Assembly (NCBI RefSeq): GCF_006345805.1
Contig: NC_043005.1
Location: forward strand, 101,060,001-101,124,000
DNA length: 64,000 nucleotides
Source of the DNA: Octopus sinensis
Taxonomy: Eukaryota
Direction: 5' to 3'
In this document: positions 1 to 12,919 of the stretch, piece by piece
How positions within the stretch are numbered: the first letter of the stretch is position 1
Layout of the letters: each line of letters begins with the position of its first letter
Made by a program: the position numbers and the translations under genes
Notes under the pieces: generated by a model
The model's database searches: none
Seen by the model: the letters and a program-made list of their open reading frames with translations, nothing else
Told to the model about the DNA's origin: nothing

Positions 1-44
1 AGGAAGGGCATACAGCTGTAAAAATCCTGCCAAAACAGAAAGAA

Positions 45-247
45 TGTAAAAACCACTTAGACCAGTTCATGACCCAGAAAGATGCCAATCTCTGGGAGGA
101 TGGGATCATGAAACTGCATCAAAGATGCCAAAAGATAGTGGAACAAAATGGGATATGTGTGGTTGAATAAAGATATATACATATATCTAAATATTGATTT
201 TGAATTTCACTTAAAAAAAATATGTGAACTTTTGTTCCAACCCAATA
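45..247 (+). mobile_element. mariner transposon 3' fragment with right TIR
   Basis: Reads CKNHLDQFMTQKDANLWEDGIMKLHQRCQKIVEQNGICVVE*, a typical mariner C-terminus, followed by a TIR-like end ...cttttgttccaacccaata. Confidence 0.8.
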
Positions 248-3200
248 CGCACTATATATATATATATATATATATTGCTTACACATGGTGGGGGCCTATG
301 TATAATACTTACAAAATAAAGATTATTTATTGAAAACTTACAAAATACATTTTGGACTATTAAATGACTATTTATCCTGAAAATCTTAGAAACTTATTTA
401 AACCTAATAGCTTCTATACATATGCTACCATGATAGCAACAGAATATGTTTTTCTCTTGGGTTTCAATATAAAATTATATTCAAAACTTACATTTTCCAG
501 AAGTTTATTTATAATGAAAAAATCAATGTGAAATAGAAATTTTATATAGTGAACCAACAAGCTTCTAGAAATTTTCTGAGAAATAATTCAATATATTTTC
601 CTATTCAAAGTAATTTGTAGCAATTTGAAGACCTAGAAATCAATAGACATACTGAAAAGACATTCAAACTTGCCTGTACAATCAAATATATATCATATGT
701 TAGCGATAACGATGATTATGATGATTGATGAAACAAACTAATTAACTTAGAATAAGGGACATTACAGATTAATCATTTCAACAATCTCTCACTTATGTAA
801 TGGACATGATAATGACAATGTCCTCTCATCTATTTCTCAAACGCTATGGCTCCGTGTTTATAATAAACTATGGTTTTGCTTACAGACAGAATAATAATGA
901 TATGTTCCAGTTAGTCACATGGTAGTCACATCAAAGAAAGCACATTCTGTTGACATCAAGCAATGTAAACAAGAACACATCACATGACCACTTCATGGAA
1001 TGAATCAGATTCTAAATTACATGAAAGTGGTATGAAGAAACATGGAAATATGCAGGGTTCTGAGAATCGTGACAATATGAGCAAATGGTCGGAGAATGCT
1101 GAGATGGGAAATATTTTACAACAAACAGAAAATTAACCTGAGTGATCACTCTTAAAAGCAAATATAATTCTGCTATTGGAGATGTACACATGCATTATGT
1201 GTGTGTGTGTGTGTGTGTGTATACATACATACATACACACATGCATACATACAAAAATACCCTGTTGTTGATGTTGGAATTCCAATGAAGGGGCCTTAGA
1301 TTGAGGTTAGAAAGTGATTCTATTGGCGAGAAATCTTGAAATAAAAATGAATAATGACATACATGCATACATATGTAGGTACGTACTTACATACATATGT
1401 ACGTACGTACGTACATACGTACATACATACATACATATATGTGACAACATTTCATGAACAAACTTTTGCAGCATAGAATGTGTTTGGTATTTTACAGAGA
1501 AGAAAGTAAATTTCAAATGCAGTATAGCTATGAAAATAGAAGAAAGATTGGATATTTTTGCCTTATAAAAGAAATACTGCTGGCCTTTGGGAATCTGCAT
1601 GGTGGCACCACAGCTGGAAACAGATAGCCAAGGCCGAAGGGAGACAATCGTTTACCTTTGTGGTGCTTTGGTGACCACAAGATGGCAGTGCAGCCAAAGA
1701 TCGATAAGGGAGATAATCACCTAGGGTTTTACCCTTAAAAGCAAGGCTTTTCCCCGTCCATAATTTAAAGAGGTCTCAGGCCAGCAGTATTTGGGGGTCT
1801 GGGGATATGGCATAAGGCTAAACCCCTTATGAACAAGAAACCCAGAGAACCTCATAAACAGGCCTACCTCACTATAATATTAACTGCTCAACATCTTAGA
1901 GTGTGCTTCGCTTCTGGATTCATGTATTTCGTATTTCTACAAATGATATATATACATATATATATATACACACACACTTCATATTTGTGAATCTCCCAAG
2001 ACACAAGACGTATCTACTTATATGTGTGTGTGTGTATGTGTTTGTGTGTGTGTGCATATGAAAATTTGGGGATCAAAGACCAAGGATAACAGAAATCGAT
2101 ATGGGACGTTGTACTAGTTAAAGATAACCGTAGCACAAATATATATAATCTGCAGACTGTGTTAACACTTAAGTGAGGTTGTCTGACAACTATCTTCCTG
2201 ATAAAGTGATAATGTTCAACTATACTAGCAGAAAGCAATGCTTTTATCTCCATAATTCAATAAAAAATACATATAACGCTAAAAAATTGCTGAATAAATA
2301 TATTTCAAGCATATCTATTACATTAAGTTTTTTTTCTTAAATTGAAAAGAATGTTTGGAAGGAAAAGCTCTACTGCAATATCAGCCAGATGTTTTTGACA
2401 AAATTTATTCAAAAATTTAAGATTACACATGTATGTGTGTATGTGTGTATGTATGTATGCATGCATGTATGTATGCATGCATGTATATATATATGTGTAT
2501 GTGTGTGTGTGTATGTATGTATGTATGTATGTATATATGTATATTGCTAGTTATTTCAAATTTTGAAGGAAATTTTATTTCCAAGATAAAATATGAAAAA
2601 GGTTGAGAGAGATAAGAAAGTATGAAAGAAGCCATTTGGTAAAACTTTTCCCAGCTATAATGCAATTCAAAACATTTATCCTCAAAAACGATTTTCATTT
2701 TTTTAAATTAAGAACTGTAATTAAAACAGAAAAAAAAAAATAAATAACTAACACACATATTGTTTTCACATTTTAAAATTATTTTTCTCAATTTTCTCTA
2801 TTTGTTTTTTGTTTTTGTTTTTTTTTTGCCACGAAGACCTTTTTTAATCAGCCTTTCTTTAAATAATCATGAAAATTCTGAATTTCAAACAATACCATCA
2901 ATCAATTGAAATTTATATTTGCATAACTTTAGCTTTGAAACAGCATTGATTTATGGAAGAAATTGTAGAATATCTGTTACTAATATAGATTATATGCCTA
3001 AATAGATAAGCGGCTATTTCGGTAAGTGTATGATTTTATATGTATTACTAAATTTGGAGCCAATACTGACAATTCTATAAGATATTGTTCTTATACTTCT
3101 ATGAAGAATGAAAAAATAATTCAAAATAATAGCCAACTATACAAATATTCGACGAAAATAACGATCTTGAATCATTCTTATATAATTTACAGACACCAGA

Positions 3201-3258
3201 AAGATGTATCCATAAGTGAAGTAAATGTATTTTCAATGTGTCTCCATTTTGTCTCCTC

Positions 3259-3301
<43 letters not shown>

Positions 3302-3519
3302 ACACATACATACAGTCATTTCATATCATACTCCAGTTAGTTTGCAGAGTATTGTCCACCCTTTAATTGAAACAGTATGATGCATGCAAATATCTAAAGA
3401 AACCCTTAACCCAAATAAACTAAACTGGCCAATGCAAGTGTCATCTAACAGGTACCCATGCTGGTAGCAGGTAAAAACATTGGGCCTCATGGCATCATCC
3501 CTAAACATTGGGCATCATC

Positions 3520-3748
3520 TCTAAACAAACCTTATTCAGGGACCTTTTTGAGTGGGATGGGCTACTTGACCTGAAGAAAATTCTAACTGGGCCCCACCTG
3601 CAAGGTCATGTGCTGTTTATCTTGATATGAGATCACAATGTTGTGCCTAGTGAACCCTTATCAAATGGGTAGTCATGATGGGTATACTGGGTTTCATATA
3701 TTTTACCCAGGTGTCACTTTGATGGCATGCACTGCTGTCTCAGTCAAT
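3520..3748 (+). mobile_element. Interspersed repeat 'family D', partial copy ending in (AAT)n
   Basis: Reverse complement of 60130-60380 with an internal deletion; abuts the (AAT)n array. Confidence 0.75.
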
Positions 3749-3802
3749 AATAATAATATAATAATAATAATAATGATAATAATAATAACAATAACAATAA
3801 TG

Positions 3803-3839
<37 letters not shown>

Positions 3840-3895
3840 CAATAATGATAATAATAATAATAATAATAATGATAATAAGAATGATAATAATGTTA
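3745..3895. repeat. (AAT)n microsatellite
   Basis: Direct reading; source of the poly-Ile ORFs. Confidence 0.95.
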
Positions 3896-4398
3896 AAGAT
3901 ATTTTTATCCAAAGCAAGTCAAAATCTCATTCTCCAATTATAAATATAATTACATACTAAAAGCATCTCTAGATTTGGGTGTAATTATTTTCATTTTTTA
4001 ATCACAGGTGCTTCTAGATAGTCACAGAATCCGCTCAAACGAGCAGCCAATCCCAAACTACTAAGTAAAGAATAGGAAGGACACATTAGATAATATAGTA
4101 CATGATGTCCCCAAAATGTAAGGATAATCATGCTTGGTGATAACAACAACAGCAGCAGCAGCAACAGCAGCCATTCAAGAATTTGGACCTGGAGATCTCC
4201 ATTTCCAGCGACTTTGAGGACCACCTCCCAGTGGTGTCGGGCGTCAATGAAGAGCCCTTGACTACAACAAGAAGACCAAAGGTTTTTTTTTCCAAGGTCA
4301 GGGGTCTCCCGCCCCTAAGCCCTAGACCATCACCTAATTACCCTTACTCGTCTTGCTGCTTAACAACAACAACAGCAGCAGCAGCAGCAGCAGCAGTG

Positions 4399-4778
4399 GA
4401 GGCGCAATGGCCCAATGGTTAGGGCAGCGGACTCACGGTCGGAGGATTGCAGTTTTGATTCCCAGAGCGGGCATTGTGTGTGTTTGTTGAGCAAAAACAC
4501 CTAAAGCCCCATGAGGCTCCGGCAGGGTGTTGTGGCGACCCCTGTTGTACTCTTTTACCCCAACTTTCTCTCACTCTTTCTTCCTGTTTCTTGTCCCCGA
4601 CATCCTACGCAACCGCTGAGCCTGGATGCGCATTCATCCATCCGTCGATGCTCTCGGTGTTGGGGGTTGACCTGCTTTCTCTTCTGCGGCTCTTACGAAT
4701 AGCAAAGGACCACGTTTCAGACTTCTCCCACTATAGAGGCGCGATCTTGTGAGCTCTGGGACGAAGACCGCTTCGCTC
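4399..4778 (+). mobile_element. tRNA-derived SINE
   Basis: A-box-like tggcccaatggttag and B-box-like gttttgattccc head, cttgagcaa-like core, embedded in a CAG/CAA microsatellite. Confidence 0.75.
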
Positions 4779-5169
4779 AACAGCAACAACTACAACAACA
4801 ATAGTGTTTGGCTAATAGCACTGTTAGCTATGTACAGCACTAAACTTGAAAGGTATCCCCCTTGGACTATTAATTATTAAAAGATTCCAAGGAATATAGA
4901 CACAGAGCTTGCATATAACCAGTAAAACAACCAGCAAACATGGCAAGGAAGCAGGACAGTCATCTAGACAAAATCTAGATCGACTGAAATTGTTTTTACA
5001 TCAATAAATATTGCTTCAAAGGAAAGAAAATGTCTTCAATTTATTTGGTTTCAGGATTAACCATAACAAAAAGAGGTGTAGGTTTTTCCATGTAACAGAA
5101 ATCATTTGTATTTTCACTGAGAACTATGAACTATACATTTCATTGACAAACTTTGAAATGCCAGCAGCA

Positions 5170-5385
5170 TGACAAACACACACAAACACACACACACTCA
5201 CACATACACACACTCACACACACACTCACACACACACTCACACACACAAACACACACACACTCACACTCACACACACAAACACACACACACTCACACACA
5301 CAAACACTCACACATACACATACTCACACACACTGACACATACACAAACACACATACACACACAATCATGCACAGACACACACAT
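5170..5385. repeat. (CA)n-type compound microsatellite
   Basis: Direct reading. Confidence 0.95.
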
Positions 5386-5674
5386 TGCAAGCATCTGGAC
5401 GCTAATTTTACCAATAATGTGAAAAGTAGTGTCTAAAATAATTTTCTGAAATTATAATGGCCACAGTTTTCTTGTCTGTTGGGATATCGTTGGAACATCC
5501 TAATCTAGCTATTAATATGCATAAGCCTGTCAGTTAAACTATCAGCCAATTTGATTGCCATGGGAAGACTACTTTCTGCTTATTGTCAGCAACATGTTGG
5601 TAAAAGCTTAAATAGGTTATTGTGGTTTGGGTGAAATGATATTCAGAGTTATTGACCATCTAGAAAAAAGCAGT

Positions 5675-5898
5675 GAGCTGTCAGAATCGGGAGCACGTCG
5701 GGTGAAATGCATAGCTGTATTTCGTTTGCCGTTATGTTCTGAGCTCAAATTCCACCGAGGTCTTCTTTGCCTTTCATCCTTTCGGGGTCGATAAATTAAG
5801 TACCAGTTACGCACTGGGGTCGACGTAATCGACTTAATCCCTTTGTCTGTCTTTGTTTGTCCCCTCTATGTTTAGCTCCTTGTGGGCAATAAAGAAAT
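5675..5898 (+). mobile_element. SINE 'family B'
   Basis: gagctg..cagaa head, B box, central gcctttcatcctttcggggtcgataaattaagtaccag, tail gggcaataaagaaata; many copies in the window. Confidence 0.85.
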
Positions 5899-6319
5899 AT
5901 ATTGACCATCAAGAGATGTCAGTGGGCCACGTTTCATTCATGTCTAAGGTTTGGGCTTGGCTTCTATGAATGGATGCCCTTTCTAAAACCAAGCTCTTTA
6001 CAGAACTTACGCATGAGCATTTCATTGTAGCATGAACATAATTATGTATGTCAATATTAATATGTGAATACACATACATATATGAATGTGTATCTCTCTA
6101 TCCCTCTCTCCCTCTCTCTTTCTATCTATCTATCTGAGTGAATGTGTGTGTTTGTGTATGTATATATGTATGTACATGTGCAGATTTGAATGATTTACGT
6201 ATGTCTTCTTATGCATATACTTGCATTACTAGACATAATCATTTATATTTAAATGATAAACTATGTATGCATGTATGCATGTATGTAGGTATCAATGTAT
6301 GTAAAGTTAGATGGGTTAG

Positions 6320-6600
6320 TAGTTATGGCATTCAGCTCCTGATTGTAATATTTTGAGTTCAATTCCCAGTGGCATGTTACGTCCTTGAGCAAGATTCTTT
6401 ATTTCCTATTGATGCAGTCCACTCAGTTGGGAAAATCAGCTGCACCTATAGTTGAAAGGGCCAGCTTTATGACATTCTGTGTGCCATGCTGAATCTCCCT
6501 GAGAACTGAGGAGTACTCAGCCACTAGCATGTTAATCTCACAAGCAGACTGTTCCATCAATCGGCTCAACTAGAACCCTCATCATAACTGACGGAGAGAC
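6320..6600 (+). mobile_element. Degenerate tRNA/CORE-type SINE
   Basis: B box gagttcaattccc, gtccttgagcaag core; 3' part is reverse-complementary to 44350-44450. Confidence 0.6.
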
Positions 6601-6639
6601 AGTCCTATGTAAGTATGTATATATATATATACATATATG

Positions 6640-6869
6640 CTCTTTTACTTGTTTCAGTCATTTGACTGTGGCCATGCTGGAGCACCACCTTTTAGTAGAG
6701 CAAATCGACCCCGGGACTTATTCTTTGTAGGCCCAGTACTTATTCTATCGGTCTCTTTTGCCGAACTGCTAAGTGACGGCGACGTAAACACACCAGCATC
6801 GGTTGTCAAGCAATGCTAGGGGGACAAGCACAGACACACAAACATACACAAACATACACACACACACAC

Positions 6870-6913
<44 letters not shown>

Positions 6914-7073
6914 CGGGCTTCTTTCAGTTTCCGTCTACCAAATCCACTCACAAGGCATTGGTTGGCCTGAGGCTATAGTAGAAGACACTTGCCCAAGATG
7001 CCACACAGTGGGACTGAACCTGGAACCATGTGGTTGGTAAGCAAGCTACTTACCACACAGCCACTCCTCGCCT
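6640..7073 (-). mobile_element. SINE 'family A' (tRNA-derived, CORE-like; probably Octopus OR-type), full length
   Basis: Head gtggctgtgtggtaagtagcttgct, B box ggttcagtccc, cttgggcaagtg core, internal TA/CA microsatellite, tail gactgaaacaagtaaaagag. Confidence 0.88.
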
Positions 7074-7410
7074 GTGTATATATATATAATGTTTTGAATG
7101 TGTGTGTGTTCGTATTTTTAATAAATCTTTTACTTCTGTCTAACTTTCTGACGAAGTTATTTATGTCTAAAACAACAGACATTTCTACTTCCTTCCTTCT
7201 CACCAAGCGTCAAGCTGATAATTACATTTTTTCACTTAGACTGCTTTGCTGTTACTTTCATCAATATTATTGCACCTATATTACATGCGTGTACATATAT
7301 AAATCTAAACACAATACACACACACGCACATACACAGAGAGACATATGTAAACCTTACACATACACACACACACATAAACCATACACACACACTCATACA
7401 GATTTCTTTT

Positions 7411-7681
7411 TTGTTTCATTTACTTGTTCCTGTCATTCCATTGAAGGGTGTGAGTTGAACAAATCTAATTCAATATCATTTTCCTATTCTGGCTCTTATT
7501 CTGTTCATCCCGTTTGCTGAACCACTAAGTCATGGAGATTTAAACAAACCAGTTATTGAATGATCTGGTGGAACAAACACAAATCTCTGTGTGGAAGACA
7601 AATCTCTTCAAGTGGCAGACACTTGCCCAAGGTGCCATATAGTCGGACTGAACCCAGAACCATGTGGTTGGGAAGCAAGCT
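7411..7681 (-). mobile_element. SINE family A body, separated from its head (9148-9184) by a 1466 bp insertion
   Basis: Begins on the minus strand at agcttgcttcccaaccacatgg, where the 9148-9184 head stops. Confidence 0.8.
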
Positions 7682-9147
7682 CCTTTATTTCTTTTAAATG
7701 GCCATAAAGGAATTAGAGAGTGGGGGACACTACAACACATGTGGGGACATATAGCAATTAAAATATAATAAGATCCTATGAATGACACGTGAAAAACATT
7801 AAAATCAAAATATTAAAATAATGATATATGAATGATAACTGAGGAATGAGAATATGAAGAGTGTGTTACTCACCCCACACCGAGTAACACCACTCACCAC
7901 CTCTGAGTTCTACATCGTCTTTAGTCTAGTCTTTCCTTTTCCGTTTTCCCCATCGCTGATGACAACACTCTCTCCTCCATGTACACATAACCTTTTTTCA
8001 CTGGGGGGAGGGGTCTTGTGAATTTTGTGGTGTCTGTTCTTCCTTCTTTTTTTTTTCCTGTGAGGAGAGGGGTGGGTGGGTTTGGTGTCTGTATGGGGAG
8101 GGTGGGTCTGAGTGGTCTTGGGTGGGATGGAGTTAGTCCGGGGTCCCACATCACACTGACTGTTCTTCCTCTTCTTCCTTTTATTCTCTCTCACTGTCCA
8201 TTCATCCTCCTCATTCCTTCCATCTATCTGTACTTCTTCATTTTTCTCCTCTCTCTCTACCACCACTTCTGTCATTTTCCTCTGTAGAGGGCAGTGTGCT
8301 CTAATGTGGCCTTTTTGGCCGCATTTAAAGCATCACGGAACTCTCATACTCTCATAAAATTTCTCCCAACATCACCGTCTCCACCAAATTCTCCAGCTGC
8401 TTCGCTTGTGCTTGTGTGATAATTTCCAACGTTTTTCCTCTATATCTTCCTTCCTCCGTCTCTGTGGCTAAGAGGACAGCCACCTCCTCCTCACTACCAA
8501 TGACGACAGCTGCCACAACCCAAGCCACTTCTATATCAGGTAAGATTCCTTCTAACCTCACCTTAGAACTCTTTCTTCCAAGGTACGTGGGTAGAAGTAC
8601 CACTTCCTCCATTTTCACAGTTGCACTTGCCAGACGCTTTGCCTCATCCACTATCCTAAACTGGACAACTGCCATCCCATATCTATTTCTTTTAGTTATA
8701 TATATCATATCCTTCGATAGTTTTTTCAACGCTTTTTCAATTTTTTCCATCTCCATCCATTCCACCTTCCTACTCTCCGCTGAGTACACCTTGTAAGTAA
8801 TGGTCTTCCTTTCCATATTTTCTATAACCCTTTTTGGGAGTAATAACTTCATGTCACCGCCCACCTGCTGTGTCATCTTACTCAGCTCCTTCAGTCTGGC
8901 TAGGTCCACCTGCCTTTTCTTCACCTCTGCAGCCTCAGCAAAACTCTTTACTCTTTCCAAATGCTCGTCCATTCTATTTACTGCCTTAATGAGCTCCTCC
9001 TCCACTGAGGACAGCTCAGACCTGGTAAGGTCTGAATACATCTTTTCTACCGATATAACACCCAGTGACAAACTGCTGCCAAGCAGCACAAAAAATTCCA
9101 TCTGACTCGTCAAAAATCAACACAGCAAATAAACCGATGCATGTGCA
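7682..9147 (-). mobile_element. Non-autonomous ORF1-only non-LTR element with 10 bp TSD
   Basis: gaagcaagct duplicated at 7672-7681 and 9148-9157; contains a gag-like ORF1 and an AATAAA-ended 3' UTR; no ORF2. Confidence 0.8.
7910..9113 (-). pseudogene. LINE ORF1 (gag-like) with CCHC zinc knuckle, disrupted
   Basis: 253 aa ORF (9113-8352), a frameshift, then P*CFKCGQKGHIRAHCP (CX2CX4HX4C) in frame with the basic, Pro-rich 7910-8275 ORF. Confidence 0.8.
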
Positions 9148-9184
9148 GAAGCAAGCTTCTTACCACACAACCACGCTTGCACCT
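9148..9184 (-). mobile_element. SINE family A head (A-box part)
   Basis: aggtgcaagcgtggttgtgtggtaagaagcttgcttc. Confidence 0.75.
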
Positions 9185-9234
9185 ATATATATATATGTAT
9201 GTATATATATGTCAAGTCACGTTCGAGTGCTACT

Positions 9235-9600
9235 GGTAACATATAACCCAGTACAACTTGTTGCATGGTCGGGTCGGCAGCGACTAAACCGGCAACTCCA
9301 CCAAACTTGCTTGGTGAGGAGGGTGTTTATTGGACACCCTGTGGGATGAAAAACAACACCCGTCAAAGGGTGGAGGAACTCTTGAGAGTCAACGGCCATC
9401 CAATAAATGTCTTAAGGCTGAATCATGCGCAAGGACATAGAAATAATTGGACTGAATACCCGATCGAGCAGTTAAACCATTGGGAGTGAAGGACTCCCAG
9501 CCTTTGTTAGAGCATCCTTCTAGGAGAAGGTAACTCAGGTAACTGGGATAACTCCGACATAAAACCTGCAGCTCAGTGGTTACCGATGATGTTGACATGT
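9235..9600 (+). mobile_element. Probable RTE-type LINE 5' leader fragment
   Basis: GC-richer, hairpin-rich island with aaagggtggaggaac..gtcaacggc and ccttctaggagaaggtaactc, resembling RTE 5' regions from memory; not verified. Confidence 0.4.
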
Positions 9601-9762
9601 TCTTCTTTTCAGATTATGGCTGCTGTTGCTTAGTGAGTGGGATTAACTCAGTGCACAGCCTTTTCTCACTTAAAAAAAATCTTCTTGCACAGGCATTGCA
9701 CGATAACAACATTGATTAAGCTTCGTGCGATGGCCATTCTCAATAATGAGGGGGCAGCCACC

Positions 9763-9793
<31 letters not shown>

Positions 9794-9934
9794 CACACAT
9801 ATATATGTGTACATACACATATATATATATATATGTACATACACATATATATATATATACATACATATATATATATATATATACATACATACATATATAT
9901 GTATGTATGTATGTACATATATATATATATGTAT

Positions 9935-10215
9935 ATAGGACTTGTGAGTGGATCTTGCAGGTGGAAACTGAGAGAAGCCCATTGTATGTATGTATATCTG
10001 TGTATGTCTTTGTGTCTGGGTTTGTCCCCCCCCCCCATCAACTGGTGTTTATATCCCTGTAACTTAGTGGTTTGGCAAAAGAAACTGATAGAATAAATAC
10101 CAGACTTAACAAAAAAATAAATGCTAGGGTTGTTTGAATTGACTAAAACAAGTCGTTCAAGGCATTGCTCCAGTATGGCCACTGTCCAATGACTGAAACA
10201 AGTAAAAAATAAAAG
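9935..10215 (+). mobile_element. SINE family A, 5'-truncated
   Basis: gtggaaactga...ccagtatggccactgtccaatgactgaaacaagtaaaa. Confidence 0.8.
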
Positions 10216-10423
10216 ATGTGTGTGAATATCAAATAGTGACAAGTACTCAACACCACATTGGTGGATAAGTATTCTTTATTTGTGGGGTCATCGGGCTACC
10301 ATTAATTTCATGTTGTGAGAGATATCCCTTCCAACATGAAACCACTGGTAGTCTTGCAATCCCACGAATAAAGTATATATATATATATATATATGTATAT
10401 CTTTGTGTGTGTGTGTGTGTGTG

Positions 10424-10462
<39 letters not shown>

Positions 10463-11139
10463 TGTGAGATTGTGTGTGTGTTTGAAAATTTTAAAACATC
10501 CACATAACTCAGATCCTATAGGAAAAATACAAGGCAAAAACTGCACTAAAAGTTTTTACTTAATTTTAGAATATGATCAATCATTAAATGTTCTGTGTAA
10601 TTTCAAAGTATGCTTCATAATAAATTCAGTCATAGATACTTTCCACAGGTTTTAAATGTACTTGAATATGAATGTAACGTACTTGAATATCTTCATGATC
10701 ACTAAATTCTTTTACATAATTTCAAAAACAACATAGTCACAGACAATTTCCATTATGTTGTCTACTGTAATAATACTATTGTGTATTTCTCCGTCACAAC
10801 ATATGAATGAGAAAGAAAGGGGTAATAGATGAATAAGGATGGAAGGGGTAATGGCAAACTTGGTAGTGAGATGATGGAAGTTCTATGGCGAAAAAAGTCA
10901 AGCAGCATTTCAACTCTGCATCAGTATATGTGTGTGTTTGTAAAAGGCAGCCATGTGAATGTTTGTGTGTGTGTGTGTGTGTGCAATGGAAGTGGGATGG
11001 TCAACATTCAATGCTGAAAAGAAAAATCAAGCAGCATTTCAACTCTGTGTGTGTACATGTGTGTGTGTGTGTGTGTGTGTATAAGGGAAGTATGTAAATG
11101 TTTGTAACTGATTATTATGTACCTTATTTATTTCTTTAT

Positions 11140-11362
11140 TACCTACAGGAAGCTAAACATAGAGGAGACAAACAAGGATAGACAAAGAGATTAAGTCGAT
11201 TACATTGACCCCAGTGTCTCACTGGTACTTAATTTATCGACCCTGAAAGGATGAAAGGCAAAGTTGATCTTGGCGGGATTTGAACTCAGAAGGTAACAGC
11301 AGACGAAATACCACTAAGCATTTCACCCGGCATGCTAACATTTCTGCCAGCTCACCACCTTA
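11140..11362 (-). mobile_element. SINE family B
   Basis: Full-length reverse-complement match to 12530-12760. Confidence 0.85.
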
Positions 11363-12529
11363 TTTATGTACCTTCTTTATACATAAAATACGACAATTAG
11401 CCATCATATTTGATGACATGGAACCAGTTACTTAATAAACATTAATAAGGAAGAATGTCACTAAATTATTTCAATGAGTATTACTAAATCACTCAAGATA
11501 TCCCAATTTAAACACAGTACATTGTTGTTCTGTTCTTTAATCACTTCAGGGGCAAAGAGGGAAAATAGTAAAATTTGGCAAGGTTTGTCTTCCCCAATAA
11601 TCTATATGCTAACACAGGTGAATTTTTATTGTTTATTGCCCAATTTGCTGGTGATATAATGTCACTCTTTTACATAAGATCAAGCCAGTTTGGCATATAT
11701 AATAGTGTCTGCAACTTTTGCACGCCAAAATATGTATTAAATTTTTAGAACAAACAAAGATATAGTTTTAGTTTTGAAAATAGATCCTTCCTTGAAATGG
11801 AATTCAGAACCTTCTAGTAAATACCTGTATACTTTAAAGTTTATTTAGTTATATTCACTGACTTTTACAGCTGTGGTTGTTATATGTAGTTTGGTATTTG
11901 TCAAAGTCTTTTTTAAAATTACTTTGCTTGTAATGATTGGGTGTTTTTCCATGACTTTTTCACCTTTTGGTTTCGGAATAATATAGATAGTTTTGGATGA
12001 ATATTTATAAAAACTTCTGCATTCTTTAGGTTAAAGGTTGAAATATACTGTTTAACATTTTAAACATTTTTTTTCCCCCAAAGTTCTTCAACGTCAATTT
12101 GTTTTGCTCTTTGAATTTCATTATCGATTAAATTCAAAAGATATTTTCTTTTAATAAATATTTCTTTAATTTCCTCCTCCTCCTCCCCTCCCCATCATCG
12201 TCGTCATCATCATCATTTAACATCACTTTTCCATATTGGCAGAAGCTGGCAAACCAGAAGACTACCAAGCTTCTTTGTCTGCTTTAGCATCGTTTTTATG
12301 ATTGGGTGCTCTTCTTAATGCCAACCACTTTGCAGAGGGGAATGACCGCATTTTACATGGCCCCAGCACTGATAAGATCGCCAAGTAATTTGCAAGACAA
12401 AATCCTTCAATTGAGAGGGAGGAGATGTATTGAGGGAATGTGGTTTTGTGCAAGGTGATGCGAGGTTAAAGCAGTGTTTGTCAACCGTTTTACCCTTGCA
12501 TAACCCTTAAAATATATTACATGTCTTGA

Positions 12530-12760
12530 AGGCGGCGACCTGGCAGAAATGTTAGCACACCGGGCGAAATGCGTAGCCGTATTTCGTCAGCTGTTATGTT
12601 CTGAGTTCAAATTCTGCAGAGGTCGACTTTGCCTTTCATCCTTTCGGGGTCGATAAATTAAGTACTAGTTACGCACTGGGGTCGATGTTATCGACTTAAT
12701 CCGTTTGTCTGTCCTTGTTTGTCCCCTGTGTTTAGTCCCTTGTGGGTAGTAAAGAAATAT
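12530..12760 (+). mobile_element. SINE family B, full length
   Basis: aaggcggcgacctggcagaaatgttagc...gagttcaaattc...gtaaagaaata. Confidence 0.88.
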
Positions 12761-12857
12761 ATATTACATGTCTCAAGGAACCCCTGCACAAAAAGAATTA
12801 TATACCATATCTTTCTCATATTTTTTACATCATAGTTCATATGGTGTATATGTATAT

Positions 12858-12893
<36 letters not shown>

Positions 12894-12919
12894 CATACAT
12901 ACATACATACATACAAATA

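Noticed and set aside
1610-1880. GC-richer island with an internal imperfect direct repeat
   Set aside because: Probably a TE fragment, but unassignable and without diagnostic structure
4165-4350. LINE endonuclease fragment (DFEDHLPVV)
   Set aside because: Single short motif resemblance only
4399-4470. tRNA genes at SINE heads (also 16110-16180, 33770-33835)
   Set aside because: A/B boxes present but no complete cloverleaf; each runs into a SINE body
10890-11070. Local duplication of aagcagcatttcaactctg at about 130 bp spacing
   Set aside because: Short, microsatellite-associated; most simply slippage
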